DNA of 53,334 bases, taken from positions 1-53,334 of the forward strand of contig JBEKHC010000026.1 in NCBI GenBank assembly GCA_050012475.1, written 5' to 3'. Both the position numbers and the translations under genes were made by a program. Below, one piece after another: positions 33,427 to 41,385 of this stretch. Each line of letters begins with the position of its first letter. Within the stretch, counting starts at the first letter, position 1. The stretch comes from Candidatus Velthaea sp. (GTDB lineage: Bacteria; Vulcanimicrobiota; Vulcanimicrobiia; Vulcanimicrobiales; Vulcanimicrobiaceae). The notes under the pieces were generated by a model. It was not told the origin of the DNA. It was given only the letters and a program-made list of their open reading frames with translations, and did not search any database.

Positions 33427-34091
33427 AGATCCTCGCCCTCGACGCAGCGCTGGGGCCGTTCTCGGTCGCGCTGGCCGTCGACGGCCTCGTGGTAAGCGAG
33501 CGGTCGGACTGCAACGATGCGCTCGAGGCCGGACTCGGCCGGGTGGCCGCGCTGCTGACCCGGGCCGAATTGGCGCTCGCCGATCTGGACCGCATTGCCG
33601 TCGGCTTGGGACCGGGATCGTTCACCGGCATCCGCATCGCGCTCTCGTTCGCCAAAGCGCTCGCCTACGGCGCGCACGTTCCGCTCGTCGGCGTCTCGTC
33701 GTACGATATTCTCACGCCGCCGGACATTACCGGAGCGTGTCTCACCGCCGTTTCGGGGCGCCCCGGCACGCTTTGCGCGCGCCTGCGCAGCAACGGTGCA
33801 GAGACGATCGCCTGCGGTCCGACCGCTTCGGTAATCGATCGTTTGCTCGGGAGACAGATAGTAGCGGGCCCCTTGACCATCGTTGCCGCAACGGAAACGA
33901 CACTTGCGGAGATTGCCGGCGACGGAACGCAGCTGCGGCTCGTCTCGCCGGCGGCGCGCAACCCGGCTCGCATCCTTGTCCAACTGGCAGAGCAGCGCCG
34001 GCCGGGCCCTTCGCCCCACAGCCTGGCGCCCGACTACGGCGAAGTGCCCGCGGTGACGATGCCGAAAGCCCGCACGAAAAGCGCACGGTGA
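33423..34091 (+). CDS. tsaB: t6A biosynthesis protein TsaB
   Basis: MKILALD, IAVGLGPGSFTGIRIA; TTGA-coupled to tsaE. Confidence 0.93.
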   Translation: MKILALDAALGPFSVALAVDGLVVSERSDCNDALEAGLGRVAALLTRAELALADLDRIAVGLGPGSFTGIRIALSFAKALAYGAHVPLVGVSSYDILTPPDITGACLTAVSGRPGTLCARLRSNGAETIACGPTASVIDRLLGRQIVAGPLTIVAATETTLAEIAGDGTQLRLVSPAARNPARILVQLAEQRRPGPSPHSLAPDYGEVPAVTMPKARTKSAR

Positions 34092-34189
34092 GGTCGCATG
34101 CAGAATGGGAACACAACGCGAAATCCCAACGCCGTCGAAAGTACCTTCCGCGATGCAGCAGTGCGTAACTCGTCTCCGCCCGACCCGGC

Positions 34190-34768
34190 TTGAAATGCGG
34201 GCCGGTCATTAAAGCCGAACTCGACCCGCCGGGGCACGACCAGCCGCGTCGCCTCGAGATCGCCGAGATGACCTCCGCGGACATCGCGGCGGTGCTGCGC
34301 ATCGAGTCATTGTCGTTCGCTTCCGCGTGGCCGCAAAACGCGTTCGTCAACGAGATCCGGGACAACAAACTCGCCCACTACTTCGTCGGCCGGCTAGACG
34401 GGGAGATCGTCGCTTACGGCGGGATTTGGGTCATTCTCGAAGATTCGCACGTCACCACGATTGCGGTGCATCCCGACTTTCGCGGCCGCAAGCTCGGTGA
34501 AGAGATGCTCGTGCATCTGCTCGGCGAGGCGATCGCCGCGCGCGCTTCGTGGATCACCCTCGAGGTTCGCGAGTCCAATGCGACCGCGCAGCGCTTGTAC
34601 CGCAAGTATGGTTTTACCGTCGTCTCGACGCGCCGCGGCTACTACAGCGACAACAACGAGAACGCGCTGGTGATGTGGGCCGGCAATCTCAAAGGCCCGC
34701 TCTACGCCAACCGCCTTGCCGTGCTCAAGGACGCGCTCGCGCGCGACATCAACGCCGGGCGGCGATGA
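34190..34768 (+). CDS. rimI: ribosomal protein S18 alanine acetyltransferase
   Basis: HVTTIAVHPDFRGRKLG, TLEVRESN, LYRKYGF, RRGYYSDNNENALVMW; start uncertain (34190, 34208 or 34268). Confidence 0.93.
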   Translation: MKCGPVIKAELDPPGHDQPRRLEIAEMTSADIAAVLRIESLSFASAWPQNAFVNEIRDNKLAHYFVGRLDGEIVAYGGIWVILEDSHVTTIAVHPDFRGRKLGEEMLVHLLGEAIAARASWITLEVRESNATAQRLYRKYGFTVVSTRRGYYSDNNENALVMWAGNLKGPLYANRLAVLKDALARDINAGRR

Positions 34769-35511
34769 GGTTCGGTTGCGCGGCGGTGCCGGCGCTGACG
34801 GTGTTGTTGGCCGGCGGCACCGGCGACGCCGCCGATCTGCCGCTGAACGGGATCGCGTTGGGCACGTCCGTGCGCGCCGCGGCTCAAACGCTGGGGCCGC
34901 CGACGGCAGTCATTTCGTCCGACAGCGGCAACGGTTTCGCATTTGCCGGCGGCGCAACGGCGTACGCCGACGACGATGGAATCGTGCTCGCGGTGGAGCT
35001 GCGCTCGGGCAGCCCGCGCATTGACGTCGATGGAACGCCGCGGACGTTTGCGATCGGCGCGTACTCGACCCAGCGCGCCGACGCCGATCTCGCCGAGGTT
35101 GCCGAATTTGCGACGCCGACGGTCCGCTCGTACCGCTTGGCGCCGCGCCGCGATCTCGTGCTCGGTTTCGGACCGTCGTCCAGGCGTTTGGAGCGCGTAA
35201 CGTACGGCGAACCGGGCCAGCTCGCGCGTCTCGGCCTGCTGCCGGGTGACGGTGCGACCAAGGCGGTCGCATATCACGCGCCGCAGCGCCGGCCGGCTGG
35301 CGCGGCAACGGTGCGCGGACCGCGCACGACCGTCTATCGCGTCGCGATCGACCGGGCCGGCAACGTGCGCAAGGTCGACGTGGTCATCCCCTCGAGCGCG
35401 CCGGACGCCGACGCGGATCTCGGTCGCGGACTGATGAGCGAGCGTTACCTTCCGGCGACGCTCGACGGGCGGCCGATCGCCGCATCCGTCTTCATCGAGT
35501 TACGCCATTGA
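34765..35511 (+). CDS. secreted protein with TonB C-terminal-like domain
   Basis: Signal-like N-terminus; C-terminal YRVAIDRAGNVRKVDVVIPSS...YLPATLDGRPI. Confidence 0.7.
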   Translation: MRFGCAAVPALTVLLAGGTGDAADLPLNGIALGTSVRAAAQTLGPPTAVISSDSGNGFAFAGGATAYADDDGIVLAVELRSGSPRIDVDGTPRTFAIGAYSTQRADADLAEVAEFATPTVRSYRLAPRRDLVLGFGPSSRRLERVTYGEPGQLARLGLLPGDGATKAVAYHAPQRRPAGAATVRGPRTTVYRVAIDRAGNVRKVDVVIPSSAPDADADLGRGLMSERYLPATLDGRPIAASVFIELRH

Positions 35512-36167
35512 GTCCGCCGGAAGGGCGCGGTGCGGCGCTCATGCACGCCATGCGCCGGGTGCGCAAAGAACTCGGGCAAGATTACCGCTACGCCCACACG
35601 CTGCGCGTCGCGCGCCTAGCGGCGCGGCTCGCCTGGGTGCACGGCGAGGATCCCGACAAAGCGCGGCTGGCAGGGTTGTTGCACGATCTGGCCCGCTTGT
35701 TCAGCGCGGACCGGCTGATCGAAGCGTGCACCGAGCGCGGACTGCCGATCGAGGCTTTCGAGCGCGCGAATCCGATCGTGCTTCACGCCCGGCTCGGGGC
35801 CGAACTCGCGCGCGAAGCTTACGGCGTCGACGACGAAGCCGTGCTGTCGGCGATTCGCAAGCATACGGTCGCTGCGGCGGTCATGAGCCGGCTCGACACG
35901 ATCGTCTATCTCGCCGACGGGCTGGAGCCGGGCCGCACGTTCGCCGCCCGCGCCGGCTTCGAACAGCTGGCCTTTCGCGACTTAGGCGCCGCGATGCGGG
36001 CCGTGCTGGGCTCCACGATCGCGTATCTCCGCGGGCGGGGTCTGGAGGTCGCTCCCCCGACGCGCGCGGCGGCGGAAACGTTCGGACTCGACCCCGCGAG
36101 TGTTTCTGAGAATCGCCTCGAAACACCCGGGGTGACCCCGCCTCCCTCGCAGGATGCGGTCGCTTAA
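35508..36167 (+). CDS. yqeK: HD-domain Ap4A hydrolase YqeK
   Basis: RYAHTLRV, AGLLHDLAR, LHARLGA, AIRKHT, YLADGLEPGR. Confidence 0.93.
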   Translation: MSPPEGRGAALMHAMRRVRKELGQDYRYAHTLRVARLAARLAWVHGEDPDKARLAGLLHDLARLFSADRLIEACTERGLPIEAFERANPIVLHARLGAELAREAYGVDDEAVLSAIRKHTVAAAVMSRLDTIVYLADGLEPGRTFAARAGFEQLAFRDLGAAMRAVLGSTIAYLRGRGLEVAPPTRAAAETFGLDPASVSENRLETPGVTPPPSQDAVA

Positions 36168-36182
36168 CGAAAGGCGTTCACT

Positions 36183-36524
36183 CTGCCCGATCTCCTGACA
36201 ACCGTCCGCGCCGCGGCGGAAGACAAAAAAGGCGAAGAGCTCACGTTCCTCGATCTCGAAGGCCGCACGATCGTTGCCGACACCTTCGTCATCGTCACCG
36301 GGCGGTCCAAGATTCAGACCCGGTCCATCGCCGATGCGATCATCGAGGCGGTTCGCGGCGCCGGCTTCGCCGTCGCCCGGACCGAAGGCTATAATGACGG
36401 CGGCTGGATTCTGATCGATCTCGGCACCGTCGTCGTCCACGTCTTTACGCCCGATCAGCGTCAGTTCTACAATCTCGAGCGCCTATGGGGCCGGTCCACC
36501 GAGGCACGAGCGCAGTCATCTTGA
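36183..36524 (+). CDS. rsfS: ribosome silencing factor RsfS (CTG start; not in the ORF track)
   Basis: Hand translation: AAEDKKGEELTFLDL..IVADTFVIVTGRS..QTRSIAD..EG...GWILIDLGTVVVHVFTPDQRQFYNLERLW*. Confidence 0.95.
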   Translation: MPDLLTTVRAAAEDKKGEELTFLDLEGRTIVADTFVIVTGRSKIQTRSIADAIIEAVRGAGFAVARTEGYNDGGWILIDLGTVVVHVFTPDQRQFYNLERLWGRSTEARAQSS

Positions 36525-36658
36525 AACAGCAGCCGGCGCGCTCACCGCGCAAACAAGCCCGCTTTCGCCAGGCCTGGCTCAAGGCGTTCATCTGGGTTTT
36601 CATCGGCGTGTTCCTCCTGGGGTCGGTGGGCGCGGTTGCGCTGATCGCATTTCACTGA
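36521..36658 (+). CDS. 45-aa single-TM small protein
   Basis: TTG overlaps the rsfS TGA; MKQQPARSPRKQARFRQAWLKAFIWVFIGVFLLGSVGAVALIAFH. Confidence 0.65.
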   Translation: MKQQPARSPRKQARFRQAWLKAFIWVFIGVFLLGSVGAVALIAFH

Positions 36659-36710
36659 AACCAAGGTTTGGCGCGCGGGTACGAAAGGCCACAGGAGTCC
36701 AACACACCTT

Positions 36711-37745
36711 ATGAAATCGCTCGCGGCTCTCGCCTCACTGCTCATCGCGCTCGGCTCGACCGCATTGCCCGCATTCGCGCGCGATTCGTTCGTCGCCGAC
36801 AACGCGCATTTGCTCTCGGACGCGACGATCTCGGCGCTCAACGCCAAGGTCGCCGATTTCAACGCAACGACGCACAAAGAAGTTTTCGTCGATACCGAGC
36901 CGACCGTCGACGGCGCGTCGCCGCAGGCGGCGGCCGAGAAGATTTTCGCGCAGCAACAGATCAACGGCGTGCTCATCTACGTCGCCAAATCGCCCAAGAC
37001 GATCGGCGTCGTGCCGGATCGCGCCGCAAGTCAGTTCTTCCCGGCGACATCGACGTCGGCGATCCGAACGGCTATCGCGAGCGGTTTCAATTCGGGCGAC
37101 TTCAACGGCGGGATCACCAACGGCGTCGACTTGACCCTCTCGCAATATCGCAGTCACCTCGGTGCGTTGACGACGCGCAAGACGTCGTACGCGCCTATCG
37201 GGAGCGGTGCGAACGTCCGCTCTAGTCAGGCAGGCTTTAACTTGAGCTGGATTTGGATCCTGATCGTTCTAGCGGTCATTTTCTTCGTGATTCGCGGTAT
37301 CTTCCGCGCCATGGCCGGCCCGCGCATGTACGGCGGCCCGATGGGCGGCGGACCGATGGGCGGCGGCCCGATGATGGGCGGCGGCTACGGCCCAGGCTAC
37401 GGCGGCGGATACGGCGGGGGCGGCGGCAGCTTCTGGAGCGGCCTCATGGGCGGTCTGGGCGGCGCGTTCCTGGGCAACGAACTCTTCGGCCGGCGCGACG
37501 AATTCGGCGGCAACCAAGCCGGCTTCGTCGATCAAGGGGCGCAAACGCAAGCCGACACCAGCGGCTTCCAGAGCGACCCGGGCCAGGCCGACATGGGCAA
37601 CGCCAGCTTCGGCGGCTGGGGCGGCGGTGACGCCGGCGGCGGCGGCGCTGGTGATTGGGGCGGCGGCGGTGGCGGCGGCGACTGGGGTGGCGGCGGCGGC
37701 GGCGATTTCGGCGGCGGCGGCGACAACAGCGGCGGCGGCTGGTAA
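36711..37745 (+). CDS. TPM-domain protein with TM helix and Gly-rich tail
   Basis: Signal peptide, FVADNAHLLS, NGVLIYVA, FNSGDFNGGI, TM helix, low-complexity tail; AGGAG SD. Confidence 0.9.
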   Translation: MKSLAALASLLIALGSTALPAFARDSFVADNAHLLSDATISALNAKVADFNATTHKEVFVDTEPTVDGASPQAAAEKIFAQQQINGVLIYVAKSPKTIGVVPDRAASQFFPATSTSAIRTAIASGFNSGDFNGGITNGVDLTLSQYRSHLGALTTRKTSYAPIGSGANVRSSQAGFNLSWIWILIVLAVIFFVIRGIFRAMAGPRMYGGPMGGGPMGGGPMMGGGYGPGYGGGYGGGGGSFWSGLMGGLGGAFLGNELFGRRDEFGGNQAGFVDQGAQTQADTSGFQSDPGQADMGNASFGGWGGGDAGGGGAGDWGGGGGGGDWGGGGGGDFGGGGDNSGGGW

Positions 37746-37823
37746 ACGCGGTCCAACCGCGATAAGAAGCAGATGGCCTCGGTGTGAACCGGGGCCATCT
37801 TTGCAACGGGCGAGGATGAACGC

Positions 37824-38333
37824 TTGGAGATTCGCCTCGTGCTCGAAAGCGATGCTGCGGCGTGGTGGCAGCTGCGCGCCGAATCGCTGACAAATGAACC
37901 GCTCGCGTTCGGGAAAGCCGTCGAAGAATACCGCACGACAACCATCGACGAGATCGCGCGACGCCTGCGCGAACCGCCGCCGGACAGTTTTTATCTCGGC
38001 GCTTTTGCCGGCGGCAAACTCGTGGGGATGGCCACGTTCATTCGCGAGTCGGGGCTCAAGGAGCGACACAAAGGGCGAATCTTCGGCATCTACCTCAGCG
38101 CAGCGTACCGCCGGCAAGGCGTCGGGTTCGCTCTGCTCTCGACGTTGCTCGAACATGCGCAGGGGGATTCGTCGCTCGAGCACATTCTCTTGAGCGTCGC
38201 GGCTGGGCAGCATGCGGCACAAGAACTGTATCGAAAGCTTGGCTTTGCGACCTATGGGACGGAACCCGGAGCGTTGAAAATCGGCGCCGCCTATGTCGAC
38301 GAGGATCAAATGATCCGGCGCGCCCGAGCATGA
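37824..38333 (+). CDS. GNAT acetyltransferase
   Basis: KERHKGRIFGIYLSAAYRRQGVG, LYRKLGFATYGTEP. Confidence 0.92.
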   Translation: MEIRLVLESDAAAWWQLRAESLTNEPLAFGKAVEEYRTTTIDEIARRLREPPPDSFYLGAFAGGKLVGMATFIRESGLKERHKGRIFGIYLSAAYRRQGVGFALLSTLLEHAQGDSSLEHILLSVAAGQHAAQELYRKLGFATYGTEPGALKIGAAYVDEDQMIRRARA

Positions 38334-38800
38334 GCGCGCTGGGGCTGTTTCTGGAGTTCCCCGCAGCAGCGATCGTGGCGGTCGCCTGGGTCTTTGCGTT
38401 GACCTCCATTCGATCGCTTCCCGCCCGCATTCCGACGCACTTTGGCCTAAACGGAGCGGCCGATGCCAGCGGCCCCGCAACCTCGCTATGGCTGCTGCCG
38501 TCGGTGATCACCGCGACGTTCGTGCTCTTGAGTGCGGTTCAGCTGATGCCGCCCCGGTACATGAACCTGCCGGTGAAAATTACGGAACACAATCGCGAAT
38601 GCGTTTACGCCCTTGCCGGTACGATGCTGACGGCGCTCAAGGTCTGCACGCTGCTGCTGCTCTTGACCGCCGAGTGGGGCTCCATCGACGCGGCGACCCG
38701 CGGCAGCCTCAACCCGCTGTTCTTCCCGTCGATCGCGGTGCTCGTCATCCTGAACATCGGGCTGATGAGCTATTTCACGCGCAAGATGCGCGCGGTGTAA
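38330..38800 (+). CDS. DUF1648 membrane protein
   Basis: LPARIPTHFGLNGAAD motif, four TM helices, ATGA-coupled. Confidence 0.88.
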   Translation: MSALGLFLEFPAAAIVAVAWVFALTSIRSLPARIPTHFGLNGAADASGPATSLWLLPSVITATFVLLSAVQLMPPRYMNLPVKITEHNRECVYALAGTMLTALKVCTLLLLLTAEWGSIDAATRGSLNPLFFPSIAVLVILNIGLMSYFTRKMRAV

Positions 38801-38811
38801 CTGCGCAGGCA

Positions 38812-40545
38812 TCACTTGACGCCGAGCTTTCGCGCAACGAGCGGCTCGACGAAGCGCGGTTCGACGCTGCCGATCTCGAGCAACGCCTGATTGAAACGCC
38901 GCAGATCGTAGCGTGCGCCGAGCTTCGCCCGCATCGCGTCGCGCGTGCGCGTTATTGCGTCCAGTCCGACGAAATAACTCGAAAGCTGATTGTGCGTGAG
39001 CTCCAGCCGATGCCATTTTTCGTCGATTTGTTCGCGTTCTTGATAGGCCTGCCGCACGAGCAGATCCTCGAGTTGCGCGTGCGACAACGACCCGGCATGA
39101 AAACCGGCGTCGATCAAAAAATCCGCTTCTTCGCGCAGCCGCCATTTGAGCTGGAAGAGCTTGAGCCGCGGATCGGCGTCGTCATACCCGGCGTCGACCA
39201 TCATCCCCTCGATGTACACGGCCCAACCTTCCACGAACGAGCCGTTCGCGAACACCCGGGGCACGAGCGACGGCGCTATGGCATTGTAGCGCGTCTGAAC
39301 GTAGTGCCCCGGCATCGCCTCGTGCAGCGAGAGCATCTTGAGTTCGTACGTGTTGTTGTCGCGCAGATACGAACCGACTTGCGCCGGCGTCCACGCGCCG
39401 GGAATCGTGTCGATATAGTAGTAGGCTTGCCCCAACGGTGCGAACGGTCCGGGGCCGTCGAACATCGCGCCGGCGGCTCCGGCCAGAAACGGCGGCGTCG
39501 GCGCGACGTGCAGCGTGTCGGGTTGCGGAAGCGTCAGCAAGTTGTGCGCGATCACAAACCGCCGTGCCGCAGCGACGTCATCGCGCGCCGCAGCGTAGAT
39601 CCCCTCGCGCCCCGGATGATCTTGGGCCAGCCGGTCGAGCACGCGCCGCACGACCACGTCGACGGCGTTCGGTTTCGACTCATCGGCGAGGGCCGCGGGA
39701 AAGAACTGCCGATCGAACGGAAGCACTAGTGCCAACATCTGCGAGCGCGTCGCGTCGAACGCGACACGGGCCCGCCGCACGAGCGACGCACGCGGCTCGT
39801 CGGTGCCTTCGGCCAGCCGCAGTTCACGATCGTAGACCGCCGCGCCAGCACGCGGCGAGCCGGTCGAGCGTGCGAGCAGCGGTCCGGCTAAAAACGCACC
39901 CAAATCGCGCAGCGCGCGCAGTGCGGCCGGGCGCGACGCCGCGATTCCATCCCGGGCCGGAAGGGCCGCGATCATCTCCAGCGTGCCGCGATTTTCGTCG
40001 ATGGCCTGCAGCGTGGCAACGCGCGCGGGACGGACGAGATTCGCGCGGGCCGCATCGACGATCGTCTGCATCCGCTTCAGCCGCGATGCGACATTGCGGA
40101 GCCGGACCGCTTCGGGCGCAAACGTTCGGCTCGTGAGCTGATAAACGGCATCGCCCAGGACGTCGGTGTACGTCGTCGGGTCGGTGACATACGGCCGAAT
40201 CGTCGCGCTTTCGAAGAGTTCGAGATCGATCGTATCTTCGAGTGCACGGGCGTTGGCGCGCTGCGCCGGATCGGCGGCTTCCGACGCTGCGGCGGCGACC
40301 GTGCTGCGCCAGGCGCGCAGCCACGCCGCACGCGTCAGCCGGCCGCGGCTGCTCTCGTCGGGCAAGCGGTCGTCGTACGTATGAATGCCGATGCGGTCGG
40401 CGAAGAGCGGATCGCGCTGCGCACATTCGGCGACGAAGCGCTGCGCAAGCACGGCGATCCGGTCGCCGTCGGCACGTGCGGGCGGTGCGCAAAGCAGACA
40501 ACAACCAATAGCGGACGCGATACAAAGCGCAATCCGGACGTTCAT
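38812..40545 (-). CDS. DUF885 family secreted protein
   Basis: Signal peptide from MNVRIALC; LHEAMPGHYVQ, FVEGWAVY, QLSSYFVG. Confidence 0.9.
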   Translation of the reverse strand: MNVRIALCIASAIGCCLLCAPPARADGDRIAVLAQRFVAECAQRDPLFADRIGIHTYDDRLPDESSRGRLTRAAWLRAWRSTVAAAASEAADPAQRANARALEDTIDLELFESATIRPYVTDPTTYTDVLGDAVYQLTSRTFAPEAVRLRNVASRLKRMQTIVDAARANLVRPARVATLQAIDENRGTLEMIAALPARDGIAASRPAALRALRDLGAFLAGPLLARSTGSPRAGAAVYDRELRLAEGTDEPRASLVRRARVAFDATRSQMLALVLPFDRQFFPAALADESKPNAVDVVVRRVLDRLAQDHPGREGIYAAARDDVAAARRFVIAHNLLTLPQPDTLHVAPTPPFLAGAAGAMFDGPGPFAPLGQAYYYIDTIPGAWTPAQVGSYLRDNNTYELKMLSLHEAMPGHYVQTRYNAIAPSLVPRVFANGSFVEGWAVYIEGMMVDAGYDDADPRLKLFQLKWRLREEADFLIDAGFHAGSLSHAQLEDLLVRQAYQEREQIDEKWHRLELTHNQLSSYFVGLDAITRTRDAMRAKLGARYDLRRFNQALLEIGSVEPRFVEPLVARKLGVK

Positions 40546-40603
40546 GGCAAGCCGCTTATCGACCGGACGATCATTCGCCTGGCTCTCGTGGCAGCGGCCT
40601 CGC

Positions 40604-41314
40604 CTAGTGTATGACGACGCGCTCCGCCAGCGCGGCCTGCAGCCGCGGCGTGATGCCCGAGACGTCGGCAAGCTCGTCGGCCGAGGCGAACGGTCCGTTG
40701 ATCTCACGATATTCGACAATCCGTTCGGCCAGGGCCGGTCCGATGCCGGGCAGCGTTTCGAGTTGCGCCGCATCGGCGGCGTTGAGATCGACGCTGCCGG
40801 ACGGCGCGTCGCCGGGTGCGCTGCGCCCCCGGCGCCCGTGACGGCGCGGTGCGTGCGCGGCGCGCACCCGGGGTCCGCGCGCGCGGCGGCCTCGTGACGG
40901 TTCGGCCCCGATTTTCGGAACCGCGATCTCGGCGCCGTCGTCCAGCGCTGCGGCGAGATTGACCGCGACGAGGTCGGCGTCGGGTTTCGGCCCGCCGGCC
41001 CGCGCCAACGCTTCTTGCGCTCGCGCACCGGGCGCGAACGCATAGACGCCGGGTTTGTTGACCTCGCCGGCAACGTAGACGACGACGCGAGGCTGCTCTG
41101 CTCGCCGAGCCATCTGTGCACGAGCCGAGGACGAGCCGCCGGCCGGAATGGCAGCACTCGAACGCCACCCCGAAGGTGGGGCATCGGCCGCACGGCTCGG
41201 CAGCAGCGCAGTCTCCGGACCTGCGGCGCTCGACCCCCAGACTCCCTGCGGCGGGCGAAAGACCAACGCAGCAACGGCGGCAACGACCGCCAATCCGACC
41301 CAAACGTACTTCAT
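40604..41314 (-). CDS. comEA: competence DNA receptor ComEA
   Basis: N-terminal TM, SLBB VVYVAGEVNKPGVY, HhH LETLPGIGPALAERIVEYRE..GPF. Confidence 0.95.
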   Translation of the reverse strand: MKYVWVGLAVVAAVAALVFRPPQGVWGSSAAGPETALLPSRAADAPPSGWRSSAAIPAGGSSSARAQMARRAEQPRVVVYVAGEVNKPGVYAFAPGARAQEALARAGGPKPDADLVAVNLAAALDDGAEIAVPKIGAEPSRGRRARGPRVRAAHAPRRHGRRGRSAPGDAPSGSVDLNAADAAQLETLPGIGPALAERIVEYREINGPFASADELADVSGITPRLQAALAERVVIH

Positions 41315-41385
41315 GCCCGCCCATCACGCGGGCACCCGTGTTAGCGAGGGAGGGTCTTGGCCGTGCGCGCACGGTAACACACGAA

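Noticed and set aside
38812..41283. 823-aa ORF as one protein, or a ComEA-DUF885 fusion
   Set aside because: The upstream 245 codons are an alternative frame over comEA; the DUF885 signal peptide starts at 40545.
41315..41385. T-box riboswitch before leuS
   Set aside because: The intergenic gap is only about 70 nt and lacks the T-box consensus.
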